Source of the DNA: Methylococcales bacterium
Lineage (GTDB): Bacteria > Pseudomonadota > Gammaproteobacteria > JABHGC01
Assembly: GCA_018671575.1 (NCBI GenBank)
Contig: JABHHM010000026.1
Coordinates: forward strand, 1-39,908
Reading direction: 5' to 3'
DNA length: 39,908 nucleotides
The translations under genes and the position numbers were made by a program. The first letter of the stretch is position 1, and every line of letters starts with the position of its first letter. Below the pieces are notes generated by a model. That model did no database searches. It was not told the DNA's origin and worked only from the letters and a program-made list of their open reading frames with translations. Shown here piece after piece: positions 32,049-39,908 of the stretch.

Positions 32049-32230
32049 TAAGGGGAAGTGAAATAAATAAACGTCCAAATTGTGCAGGATTTTTGTTCGC
32101 CTTTGAGGCGCAAAAATAGGCGTATAGTCGAACTATACAACTATTTTTGCAACAAAAAAGGTGGACAAAAAAATTACTATGCCTTTTGGGTACAAGCAAG
32201 TTGGATGTTTATTTATTGCGAATTCCCTAA
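32049..32230. mobile_element. MITE family B copy with an insert of about 19 bp, overlapping the rdgC 3' end
   Basis: Near-identical to 19674-19836; ends TAAGGGGAAGTGAAATAAATAAA / TTTATTTATTGCGAATTCCCTAA. Confidence 0.88.
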
Positions 32231-33145
32231 GCCTGAATCTTTCTCTATAGCACCACCGTGAATTTCCATTAGCCGTGGTAAAAAGTTGGAAATTTCCATC
32301 GCCATGATTGAAAAGTCGGCATCAAATTGTGCTTCAACTGATTCATCATCAGATTGTTCGGCTTGATCTAGCACCAGATCATCATACTTAATGCGTTTGA
32401 CTGAAAGGTCATCACATAATAAGAATGAAAATTTCTCATCCCAATTCAGTGCCAGGCGTGTACAGCTTTTTCCAGCTTCCAGATGATTGGTTATTTCGGT
32501 GGATGTTAAGTCAATATTTTTACATCGAATAATACCACCATCAGATTCTAAATCTCTCAGTTCGCATTCATTTTCAATGCTAAAATCTGCAGGAGGAGGG
32601 TTTTCAGTCATCCATGAGGTGAGAATGTTACTGGTTAATGTGTGAGTTTTTGGTGGTTCAACAGGCAGTGATCCAAGGCAGTTTCTGAGTAATACCGTTA
32701 ATTCTTCTGCTTTATTTCGACTGGCAGAATCCACGATTAGCCAATTGTTTTTTAAGTCAAAGTAAGCATAAACTTTGGATGTTTTGGTAAAGGCTTTGGT
32801 GGTTAGGTCATGTAATACTTCTTCACGAATTTCTTCTTTTTCTTTTTTTCGGACTTTGCGCATTTGCGTGTCTTCAATTTCTTGAACTTTCTCATCAACG
32901 TATTCGCGAACGACGGAGGCAGGTAAAACTTTTTCTTCTTTTTGAGCACAGACCATGAGGTAGCCGTCAATGCTTTTGAAAAGCTCATCGTGTTTTTTAT
33001 CAACGGGTGAAATCAAACCATAAGAAAACATTTCCAGTTTTCCGCAAGGTCTGAATTTGTGTTTTTGTAGATCTTCTTGAATTTGTTCTACCGATTGAGT
33101 TAACGGCTTGTAAAAACGGTATAGACAGAGATTTTTAAACCACAT
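32213..33145 (-). CDS. rdgC: recombination-associated protein RdgC
   Basis: MWFKNL.LYR, EEKVLPASVV, LR..LGSLP, LAL.W, D.SVKRIK, FDADF..M..E. Confidence 0.95.
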   Translation of the reverse strand: MWFKNLCLYRFYKPLTQSVEQIQEDLQKHKFRPCGKLEMFSYGLISPVDKKHDELFKSIDGYLMVCAQKEEKVLPASVVREYVDEKVQEIEDTQMRKVRKKEKEEIREEVLHDLTTKAFTKTSKVYAYFDLKNNWLIVDSASRNKAEELTVLLRNCLGSLPVEPPKTHTLTSNILTSWMTENPPPADFSIENECELRDLESDGGIIRCKNIDLTSTEITNHLEAGKSCTRLALNWDEKFSFLLCDDLSVKRIKYDDLVLDQAEQSDDESVEAQFDADFSIMAMEISNFLPRLMEIHGGAIEKDSGLGNSQ

Positions 33146-33214
33146 GAATTTTTACTGCTCCCTAATATTATTGGAATGAAAATAGGGCGTTATTATGCGT
33201 AAGATTCACTGAGA

Positions 33215-33823
33215 CTACAAGCGTTTTAATACCACAACGAGGTGCAATGAGATTTTTTCCATTTCGATGATTAAATTTTGTACATGGGTGATGAAATGGT
33301 TATAAAATGCCAGTGTTGGTAGGGCAATAATCATTCCGAAGGCAGTGGTTATTAAGGCTTCTGAAATACCACCCGCCAGCATGTTGGCATTGACTGTTTG
33401 TTGTTGAGAAAGGGTGGCAAAAACAGAAATCATACCCAAAACAGTTCCTAATAACCCCATCAGTGGGGCAGCACTGGCGATGGTGCCTAAAGTGGATAAA
33501 TATTTCCTAATAATGGGTATTTCTTGTCGGCCAGCTTCTTCCAATATTTCTTTTAATTCAGATTCGCTTTTTTGATAGTTCAAAATGCCTGCCAATATAA
33601 TGTTGGTCATGGGGATTGGGTTTTGTTTGCAATAGGCGGTGGCTTCTGGAATTTTATTGTCCAATAAAATGGTTTCAATTTGTTCGATGATTTTGTTGTT
33701 GATGACTCTATTGCGTCTTAATGCCATTGATTTGATCACGATGATCACCAGTCCCCAGATAAATAAAGCGGTTAGAGGGTAGATCATTAACCCGCCATTT
33801 TTGATGATTTCACTAATTTCCAT
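33215..33823 (-). CDS. MotA/TolQ/ExbB proton channel family protein (ExbB/TolQ type)
   Basis: GG..IYPL TM1; LGTIASAAPLMGLLGTVLGMI; LAGGISEALITTAFG...ALP. Confidence 0.93.
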   Translation of the reverse strand: MEISEIIKNGGLMIYPLTALFIWGLVIIVIKSMALRRNRVINNKIIEQIETILLDNKIPEATAYCKQNPIPMTNIILAGILNYQKSESELKEILEEAGRQEIPIIRKYLSTLGTIASAAPLMGLLGTVLGMISVFATLSQQQTVNANMLAGGISEALITTAFGMIIALPTLAFYNHFITHVQNLIIEMEKISLHLVVVLKRL

Positions 33824-33837
33824 GATAATTTCCTCTG

Positions 33838-35349
33838 CTATTTTTTCTGTTTTGGCAACAATACAATTTCAATTCGGCGGTTGATTGCTCTGCCTTGTGG
33901 GGTTTTATTATCGGCAACTGGACGATATTGAGAGTAGCCGACAGCGGATAAGTAGGAGGCAGGAATGCCGACTTCATTTTCAAAAAATCGAACCACATTA
34001 ACTGATCTTGCGGCACTCAAACCCCAGTTAGTGGAGAGTAATCCTTGTCTATTTTTAATGGGGACATCATCAGTGTGCCCTCCAATTTGAATTTCCAGTC
34101 CTTGCATTTTATTTTTCAATAATTTGCCAACTTTTTTCAGTAGTTCAAAGCCATCTGATTTTAAAGTAGAACTACCAGAATCGAATAATATTTTATCCGA
34201 CAATTGAATAATTAGGCGATCTTGTTGTTGATTGATTTCTAATTGGTTATTGGTTAGATAAGACTTTAAATTATTATTTAACCCTGCTCTTGCTTGATTA
34301 ATTTGAGATAGTTTTTCGGCATTTTTTTCCGCTTCATTTTTGTAAATAGCCAGTTGTTTTTCTAAATCATTATTTTCATCCGATAAATTATTGATGTTTT
34401 CCAGCAATGTTTCTTCGTTGTCTTTATTGGCATCGTTGGTTTGTGTCAGTTGTTGGATTTTTAACTGGTGTCGTAGTAAATCAGAATTTAGATTTTTGAT
34501 CTTTTCTGTCTGTTGTATTTTGGCCGTAGAATAATTAAGGATTTTTTTGTTGGCAGAGGCAATGACTGTGTTTAAACCTGAAATGGTTTGATCAGATTCG
34601 GTCGTCACTTTTTTGTATTGTGTTGCTAACTGCACAACACGGCTATTTAATGATTCAATATCTGTTTTCTGTTGATTAAGCATTGCTGCTTTTTGCTTGA
34701 TTTCATTGTTTTGCTGTTCAATGCTCAAGTTTCTCATATTGACCAGGTTGGTCATTGCTTCGTGCTGACTGTTGAGTTTTTTTAGGGATGTTTGAGTTGA
34801 CTGATTATTTTCTGAGAGGGTTTTATAACGATCAACCAATTGGATGATTTTAGAATTGAGTGAGTTGATGTCTGTCGATTGTTGTTTGATGGTGGTATTT
34901 GCCTGCAACATGTTTTTGTTGGTTTGATTAATCATCGTTTCTTTTTCTGCCAACTGATTCTGTGTACTGAGAATGGTATCCTGTTTTTGGTTGATGATGT
35001 TTTGTTTGGATCTATTTTGGTTGGTTAAGCTTTGCAGTTGCTGGTTGAGTTGTTTTAGCTTGTCATCCATGATAACAATGCGAGATGAATGCTGGTCGAG
35101 AGACTGTTCTTTTTGTTGAATTTGATTGTTTAGCTGAGACTGTTTGTTTTCATAGTCTGACAATTGCTGTGTTAATTCAGTTTTTTCCTGTTTTAAACTG
35201 GATAGGGCGTTTTTAAGTTCTTCAAGTTTTTCAGGGCTGATGAAAGAGGTGCTGACCGCAAAAAATAAAACCAACAGAAAGACGACGTCAATGAGTGGTG
35301 TCATATCAAGTGACAATCGGCTCTCTTGTTGGAAATTATCAAGTTTCAT
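33838..35349 (-). CDS. chimeric ExbD-type TM / long coiled coil / MotB-type OmpA-like peptidoglycan-binding protein
   Basis: N-terminus DMTPLIDVVFLLVLFF; Q/N/K-rich heptads at about aa 40-365; C-terminus LFDSGS, GHTDDVPI, NWGLSAARS, GY..YRP, NRRIEI. Confidence 0.88.
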   Translation of the reverse strand: MKLDNFQQESRLSLDMTPLIDVVFLLVLFFAVSTSFISPEKLEELKNALSSLKQEKTELTQQLSDYENKQSQLNNQIQQKEQSLDQHSSRIVIMDDKLKQLNQQLQSLTNQNRSKQNIINQKQDTILSTQNQLAEKETMINQTNKNMLQANTTIKQQSTDINSLNSKIIQLVDRYKTLSENNQSTQTSLKKLNSQHEAMTNLVNMRNLSIEQQNNEIKQKAAMLNQQKTDIESLNSRVVQLATQYKKVTTESDQTISGLNTVIASANKKILNYSTAKIQQTEKIKNLNSDLLRHQLKIQQLTQTNDANKDNEETLLENINNLSDENNDLEKQLAIYKNEAEKNAEKLSQINQARAGLNNNLKSYLTNNQLEINQQQDRLIIQLSDKILFDSGSSTLKSDGFELLKKVGKLLKNKMQGLEIQIGGHTDDVPIKNRQGLLSTNWGLSAARSVNVVRFFENEVGIPASYLSAVGYSQYRPVADNKTPQGRAINRRIEIVLLPKQKK

Positions 35350-35399
35350 TTTGTTATCCTAGTTGCAACGTATTCAGAGTAATAACGAATCAGTCAGTT

Positions 35400-36539
35400 T
35401 TACTTTTTCTTTCTTTTTTCTAAGCGTGATACTCTTTCCCAGATAGGATGAGACTCTTTCTTTCGACGAACATCTCTTTCCAATAAAAATGCCAGATTTT
35501 TCAAAGCAATGATGAAGTTGGATTCTTTTTTCAGGCAACACTCAAAAGAGTGGATGGCTTTTTCTGGGTTTTTTTCTCGTAAATCAAACCCGATACTGGA
35601 GAAAACCATTTCAGTTTCACCAATTTTGACGATATCACCAAAATTTAATTTGGCATTTTCAATTTCTTTTCCGTTATGAAAAGTGCCGTTGGTGCTTTCG
35701 TTGTTCTCAATGACAAAATAATTGTCCTGATATCGAATGATTGAATTCGTTCTTGATGACTGTGTGTCATCTAACATAATGGTATTGATGTCATCTCTAC
35801 CGATGGTCGATTCAGTAAAATGTAAATGAAAAATGGTGTCAATATCATTGCCAGAAATGATTTTTAAATAGGGTAAAGATTTATAATATTCATTGTCTTT
35901 TTCCAATGATGGGATAATGGATGCCATCATAGTCTGGTCGGCATCGCTCATTATTGTTGCATCATCAACCGACGTTTTTGGTGGTGTTTTATCGCCATTA
36001 AACATGGTCTCTAAAAAGGGTAATGTGCCATCATCTGTTTTGGATTTTTTCAGTTGTGCATTGTTGCCATCTTGTAATTGAACAATGCCTGAGATTTTAC
36101 CACCAACCATACTGAATTGGTCTCCAGGGTGTAAATCTTGTAAGCTTTGTTGGCATAAATAAGGAATGACGGCATTTTCTATGGTTTGTACCAAGCCAAA
36201 GTTGTGTTCTTGTTTTTTATGTCTTATTTGTGATTTTGCGATGAGTACATAGACTTCATCTGCTTTGAATTCAGTGATGTAATGGTTTTTTGATAGAGAG
36301 GTTAGTTTGTTTTTCAATTTTGAAATTTCAGCCTGATTGCTGATGATGAATTGTTCTCTATCTTTGATTTTATGGTCAAGTTCATCTTGAACATCGGCCA
36401 ATAAAATTTTATTATTTTTATAACGATTATAAAAAAATTTATTCGACAGGATTAAAACGATCACCATTAGATTAAGGCTTAATATAATGTGTAATCCGTA
36501 TTCATTTAATAATTCATGTATTAGCTCCATGTCCTGCAT
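35400..36539 (-). CDS. membrane-anchored FHA-domain protein with C-terminal TPR-like helices
   Basis: TM at about aa 16-32 followed by basic residues; FHA motifs IGR, SR, STNGT, L..GD.V.IG; A...F..CL...NF..A..NLA. Confidence 0.82.
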   Translation of the reverse strand: MQDMELIHELLNEYGLHIILSLNLMVIVLILSNKFFYNRYKNNKILLADVQDELDHKIKDREQFIISNQAEISKLKNKLTSLSKNHYITEFKADEVYVLIAKSQIRHKKQEHNFGLVQTIENAVIPYLCQQSLQDLHPGDQFSMVGGKISGIVQLQDGNNAQLKKSKTDDGTLPFLETMFNGDKTPPKTSVDDATIMSDADQTMMASIIPSLEKDNEYYKSLPYLKIISGNDIDTIFHLHFTESTIGRDDINTIMLDDTQSSRTNSIIRYQDNYFVIENNESTNGTFHNGKEIENAKLNFGDIVKIGETEMVFSSIGFDLREKNPEKAIHSFECCLKKESNFIIALKNLAFLLERDVRRKKESHPIWERVSRLEKRKKK

Positions 36540-36797
36540 CCTTTGGTATTTTCTTCGATCTTATTAAATTAATCCTAGCAGAATTCATTCATTTGTTATT
36601 TTAAATTTGATGTAATGATTCCAGTAATTTTTGTAGTATACCTGAAAACGAATTAAAAGTTAAGTAAATTATTATAATCTAATATAGATTGTTGGGATTG
36701 TTTAACAATAAAGCCCTTAAAATCAGTATAAAACTTGATGTTTGCTGTTAACTATTTAATATTAGAATATATAGCTACAAAAAATTAGGAGTGGGTT

Positions 36798-38351
36798 ATG
36801 CAAGATAAGGAAAAATTGATCGTTTTTGACACAACATTGCGAGATGGTGAACAAAGTCCAGGTGCATCAATGACTTGTGATGAAAAAGTACGCATAGCCA
36901 AAGCATTGGAAAAGCTACAAGTAGATGTCATTGAGGCAGGCTTTCCTGTGGCAAGTCAAGGTGATTTTGACGCAGTGACATCGGTTGCAAAAACAGTTAA
37001 AGACAGTGTTGTTTGTGGCTTGGCAAGAGCGTTAGATAAGGATATTGACCGAGCTTCAGAAGCATTAAAACATGCCAATGCCTCTCGTATTCATACTTTC
37101 ATTGCAACATCGCCCATTCACATGAAAATGAAGTTACGCATGGAGCCTGATCAAGTCGTTGAGCAGGCAATCCATTCAGTTAAACGAGCGAGAAACTATA
37201 CTGACAATGTTGAATTTTCCCCTGAAGACGCGGGTCGATCTGATTTGGATTTTTTATGCCAAATCATTGAAAAAGTCATTGATGCTGGGGCAAGTACCAT
37301 CAATATCCCTGATACTGTGGGTTATAATGTTCCCATCCAGTTTGGTCATTTGCTTAAAAACTTGATTGAGAGAATTCCCAATGCGGATAAAGCCATTTTT
37401 TCAGTGCATTGTCACAATGATTTGGGTTTGGCGGTGGCAAACTCATTGTCAGCCGTGATGAATGGTGCCAGACAAGTTGAATGTACCATTAATGGTTTAG
37501 GAGAAAGAGCGGGCAATGCAGCATTAGAAGAAGTGGTGATGGCAGTTAAGACTCGAAACGATATTTTTCCTTGTTATACTGAGTTGGATACCACACAAAT
37601 TGTGCAATGCTCACGCCTAGTATCTGGCATTACAGGATTTCCAGTGCAACCCAATAAAGCCATTGTGGGAGCCAATGCATTTGCTCATGAATCAGGCATT
37701 CACCAAGATGGTGTGTTAAAAAACCGAGAAACCTATGAAATTATGCGAGCGGAAGATGTGGGTTGGAGTGCTAATCGTATGGTTTTGGGTAAACACTCAG
37801 GCAGAAATGCTTTCAAAACAAGATTACACGAATTAGGTGTGACCATCACCTCTGAAGAAGATTTGAACGCTGCTTTTACTCGTTTTAAAGATTTGGCGGA
37901 TAAAAAGCATGAAATTTTTGACGAAGATTTACAGGCTTTGGTGACAGATTCCCGATTGGCTGCCGATAACGAATGCGTCAAACTGATTTCAATGAAAGTC
38001 TGTTCCGAAACAGGTGAAACTCCCAAAGCAAAAGTTGTCTTATGGGTCAATGAAAAAGGTGAAAATGAAGCTGTTTGTTTGGGAAGTGGTCCTGTTGATG
38101 CGGCTTTTAAAGCGATTGAAGAAATCGTTAAAAGTGGTGCGAAATTATTGTTATATTCCGTCAGCAACATTACTAAAGGAACAGATTCACAAGGGGATGT
38201 TTCTGTTAGATTAGAGCGTGATGGAAAAATAGTGAATGGCAATGGCAGTGATACGGATATTGTTATTGCATCAGCTAAAGCTTATATTAATGCATTGAAT
38301 AAAATGGTTGTTCAGGCCGATAAAAAACATCCTCAAGGATCGAATGTATAA
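36798..38351 (+). CDS. leuA: 2-isopropylmalate synthase
   Basis: [36 protein letters not shown], regulatory GPVDA. Confidence 0.98.
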   Translation: MQDKEKLIVFDTTLRDGEQSPGASMTCDEKVRIAKALEKLQVDVIEAGFPVASQGDFDAVTSVAKTVKDSVVCGLARALDKDIDRASEALKHANASRIHTFIATSPIHMKMKLRMEPDQVVEQAIHSVKRARNYTDNVEFSPEDAGRSDLDFLCQIIEKVIDAGASTINIPDTVGYNVPIQFGHLLKNLIERIPNADKAIFSVHCHNDLGLAVANSLSAVMNGARQVECTINGLGERAGNAALEEVVMAVKTRNDIFPCYTELDTTQIVQCSRLVSGITGFPVQPNKAIVGANAFAHESGIHQDGVLKNRETYEIMRAEDVGWSANRMVLGKHSGRNAFKTRLHELGVTITSEEDLNAAFTRFKDLADKKHEIFDEDLQALVTDSRLAADNECVKLISMKVCSETGETPKAKVVLWVNEKGENEAVCLGSGPVDAAFKAIEEIVKSGAKLLLYSVSNITKGTDSQGDVSVRLERDGKIVNGNGSDTDIVIASAKAYINALNKMVVQADKKHPQGSNV

Positions 38352-38369
38352 TTCTACATTAATCAATTC

Positions 38370-39155
38370 ATGACCATGCCAAATCAAAAACATTCATCAA
38401 GACAACTGCAATACCTTGAGGCAATGGGGATCAATCTTTGGGTTTCTCGTGATTTTCAGGAGACTGATATTGTTGCGGATGTCATAGAGTCAAAGATTGA
38501 TATCGAGCCAGAGTTATTGCTCGAAGAGCCTGAAAGCAGCGTGGATTTGCCTCAAATAATGACTGAACAATCAACTGATCAGCCTAAAAATACTTTGGAT
38601 CAGTTGCGTCAGGAAGTCAGTGTTTGCCAAAAATGCCAATTACACTCTGAGCGCACTCAAACTGTATTTGGTGTCGGCAATAGTCAGTCTAATATACTCT
38701 TCATTGGTGAAGCTCCAGGTCATGATGAAGACAAACAAGGCGAGCCCTTTGTTGGCAGAGCTGGGCAATTATTAAACTCAATGTTGTTTGCCATTGGTTT
38801 AAGGCGAGAACAAATATTCATTGCCAATATACTAAAATGTCGTCCACCCAATAATCGTAACCCGCTGGTTGGGGAAATAGAACAATGCATTCCTTATTTA
38901 AAGCAGCAAATAGAACTGGTTAACCCAAAAGTGATTGTAGTGGTTGGTCGAGTTGCTGCCCATGCTTTGTTAAATACTGAGCTACCAATGGCAAAATTAC
39001 GTGGTCAGCAACACTATTTGCCAGAAACTCAATTGCCCATTATTGTCACCTATCATCCTGCTTATTTACTTCGATCTCCATTGGCAAAACAAAAGTCCTG
39101 GGAAGACTTGTTGATGTTGTATGAATTGGATAAAAATTTATTTCAAAGCAAGTAA
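38370..39155 (+). CDS. uracil-DNA glycosylase, family 4 ([4Fe-4S])
   Basis: CQKCQL..R.QTVFG.G, GEAPG..ED..G.PFVG.AG, KCRPPNNR, YHPAYLLR. Confidence 0.93.
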   Translation: MTMPNQKHSSRQLQYLEAMGINLWVSRDFQETDIVADVIESKIDIEPELLLEEPESSVDLPQIMTEQSTDQPKNTLDQLRQEVSVCQKCQLHSERTQTVFGVGNSQSNILFIGEAPGHDEDKQGEPFVGRAGQLLNSMLFAIGLRREQIFIANILKCRPPNNRNPLVGEIEQCIPYLKQQIELVNPKVIVVVGRVAAHALLNTELPMAKLRGQQHYLPETQLPIIVTYHPAYLLRSPLAKQKSWEDLLMLYELDKNLFQSK

Positions 39156-39160
39156 GAGTA

Positions 39161-39190
39161 TTGACATTTGCGTACGTTATATCGTACTTT
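39161..39190 (+). promoter_or_regulatory. sigma70 promoter with overlapping YefM-type operator
   Basis: TTGACA-18 bp-TACTTT; two GTAC cores (39172, 39184) 12 bp apart. Confidence 0.7.
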
Positions 39191-39210
39191 TTTTGTGAGA
39201 GGAAATAAAT

Positions 39211-39453
39211 ATGACCATTCTAAATGCAACGGAAGCCAGATCAAAGTTATATAACCTGATTGATGAAACATCTGAGAGCCACCAACCCATCGTCATTACT
39301 GGAAAACGAGCCAATGCCGTATTGATATCAGAAGAGGATTGGAATGCAATTTCTGAGACATTGTACCTTTTGTCCATTCCAAGCATGAGAGAATCAATCA
39401 AAAAAGGCATGTCGGAATCTGTCAGTGATTGTTCTGAGGAGCTTGATTGGTGA
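39211..39453 (+). CDS. yefM: Phd/YefM family antitoxin
   Basis: NATEARSKLY.LIDE....H.PI.ITGKR.NAVL.SEEDW.AI.ETLYLLS.P.M. Confidence 0.93.
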   Translation: MTILNATEARSKLYNLIDETSESHQPIVITGKRANAVLISEEDWNAISETLYLLSIPSMRESIKKGMSESVSDCSEELDW

Positions 39454-39712
39454 GTTGGAAATTGGTGTTTACCAAGCAAGCCCAAAAGGATGCAAAAAAT
39501 CTTTTATCAGCAAATATGAAAGATAAAGCTCAAAAACTTCTAGAAATTATCAAATAAATCCATTTCAAAACCCACCTCCTTGTGAAAAATTGACTGGAGA
39601 TTTGTTAGGGGCATATTCAAGACGAATCAATATACAGCATCGTCTTGTATATCAGGTTTTAGAAAATGATCAGACTGTAAAAGTTTTAAGAATGTGGTCT
39701 CATTACGAGTAA
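39450..39712 (+). pseudogene. yoeB: Txe/YoeB family toxin, frameshifted
   Basis: GTGA overlap with the antitoxin; MSWKLVFTKQAQKDAK...LLEIIK* (TAA 39555-39557), continuing in the -1 frame INPFQNPPPCEKLTGDLLGAYSRRINIQHRLVYQ...RMWSHYE*. Confidence 0.88.
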
Positions 39713-39740
39713 AGAACGGAAAGTTATTTTGTACCCGTTC
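39713..39740. repeat. family E 28-bp repeat
   Basis: AGAACGGAAAGTTATTTTGTACCCGTTC is 23/28 identical to 16333-16360. Confidence 0.55.
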
Positions 39741-39743
39741 CTA

Positions 39744-39906
39744 TAAGTAGGTGACCATAATTATATTAACATTTTCACTCAATATTTTCCGCCCTTTGGC
39801 ACTACTGCTCTGACCGAATAGACCTCTATGCAATCAGAGCAGTAACACCAAAGGTCAAAAAATCTTGAGCGAAAATTTTGTTAAGATAATTATGGTCACC
39901 TACTTA
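39744..39906. mobile_element. MITE family F, 163-bp palindromic element
   Basis: Perfect 21-bp TIR TAAGTAGGTGACCATAATTAT; the interior also folds back (CCTTTGG..TACTGCTCTGA / TCAGAGCAGTA..CCAAAGG). Confidence 0.88.
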
Positions 39907-39908
39907 CG

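Noticed and set aside
33215-35349. Calling this pair flagellar motAB, exbBD/tolQR or Zorya zorAB
   Set aside because: The A subunit is the short 3-TM ExbB/TolQ type with no ZorA tail, the B subunit is hybrid, and the expected partner genes are absent
35400-36539. FHA protein as an OdhI/GarA-type inhibitor of the SucA encoded in this window
   Set aside because: That regulation is actinobacterial and uses a small soluble FHA protein; the genes are about 27 kb apart
36738-36789. Possible leuA attenuator leader peptide
   Set aside because: The short ORF has no Leu run and no terminator/antiterminator pair
37733-38242. Long antisense ORF in leuA, and similar shadow ORFs in sucAB, recC, secD, yefM and the PLC-like gene
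   Set aside because: They overlap well-supported genes and show no protein motifs

Overview
AT-rich gammaproteobacterial chromosome segment. Most of it is housekeeping genes, several detached from their usual operon partners (rhlE, sucAB-lpdA, hfq, sohB, recC, pilU-like, secDF, rdgC, leuA, family-4 UDG). The intergenic spaces hold at least six families of short palindromic repeats or MITEs. An accessory block (about 24.6-32.2 kb) carries four Flp/Tad pilin-type genes with no assembly machinery, a decayed Rpn/DUF4351 remnant, and a large secreted Zn-dependent PLC/P1-nuclease-type protein with a CFI-box-CTERM-like tail. The best candidate for an undescribed system is the minus-strand operon at 33215-36539. 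It encodes a membrane-anchored FHA protein, a chimeric motor subunit (ExbD/TolR-type transmembrane segment, about 325-aa coiled coil, MotB-type peptidoglycan-binding domain) and an ExbB/TolQ-type channel subunit, with no TonB/TolA or flagellar genes nearby. The window ends with a yefM-yoeB toxin-antitoxin pair whose toxin is frameshifted. All calls come from motif recognition by eye; no searches were run.
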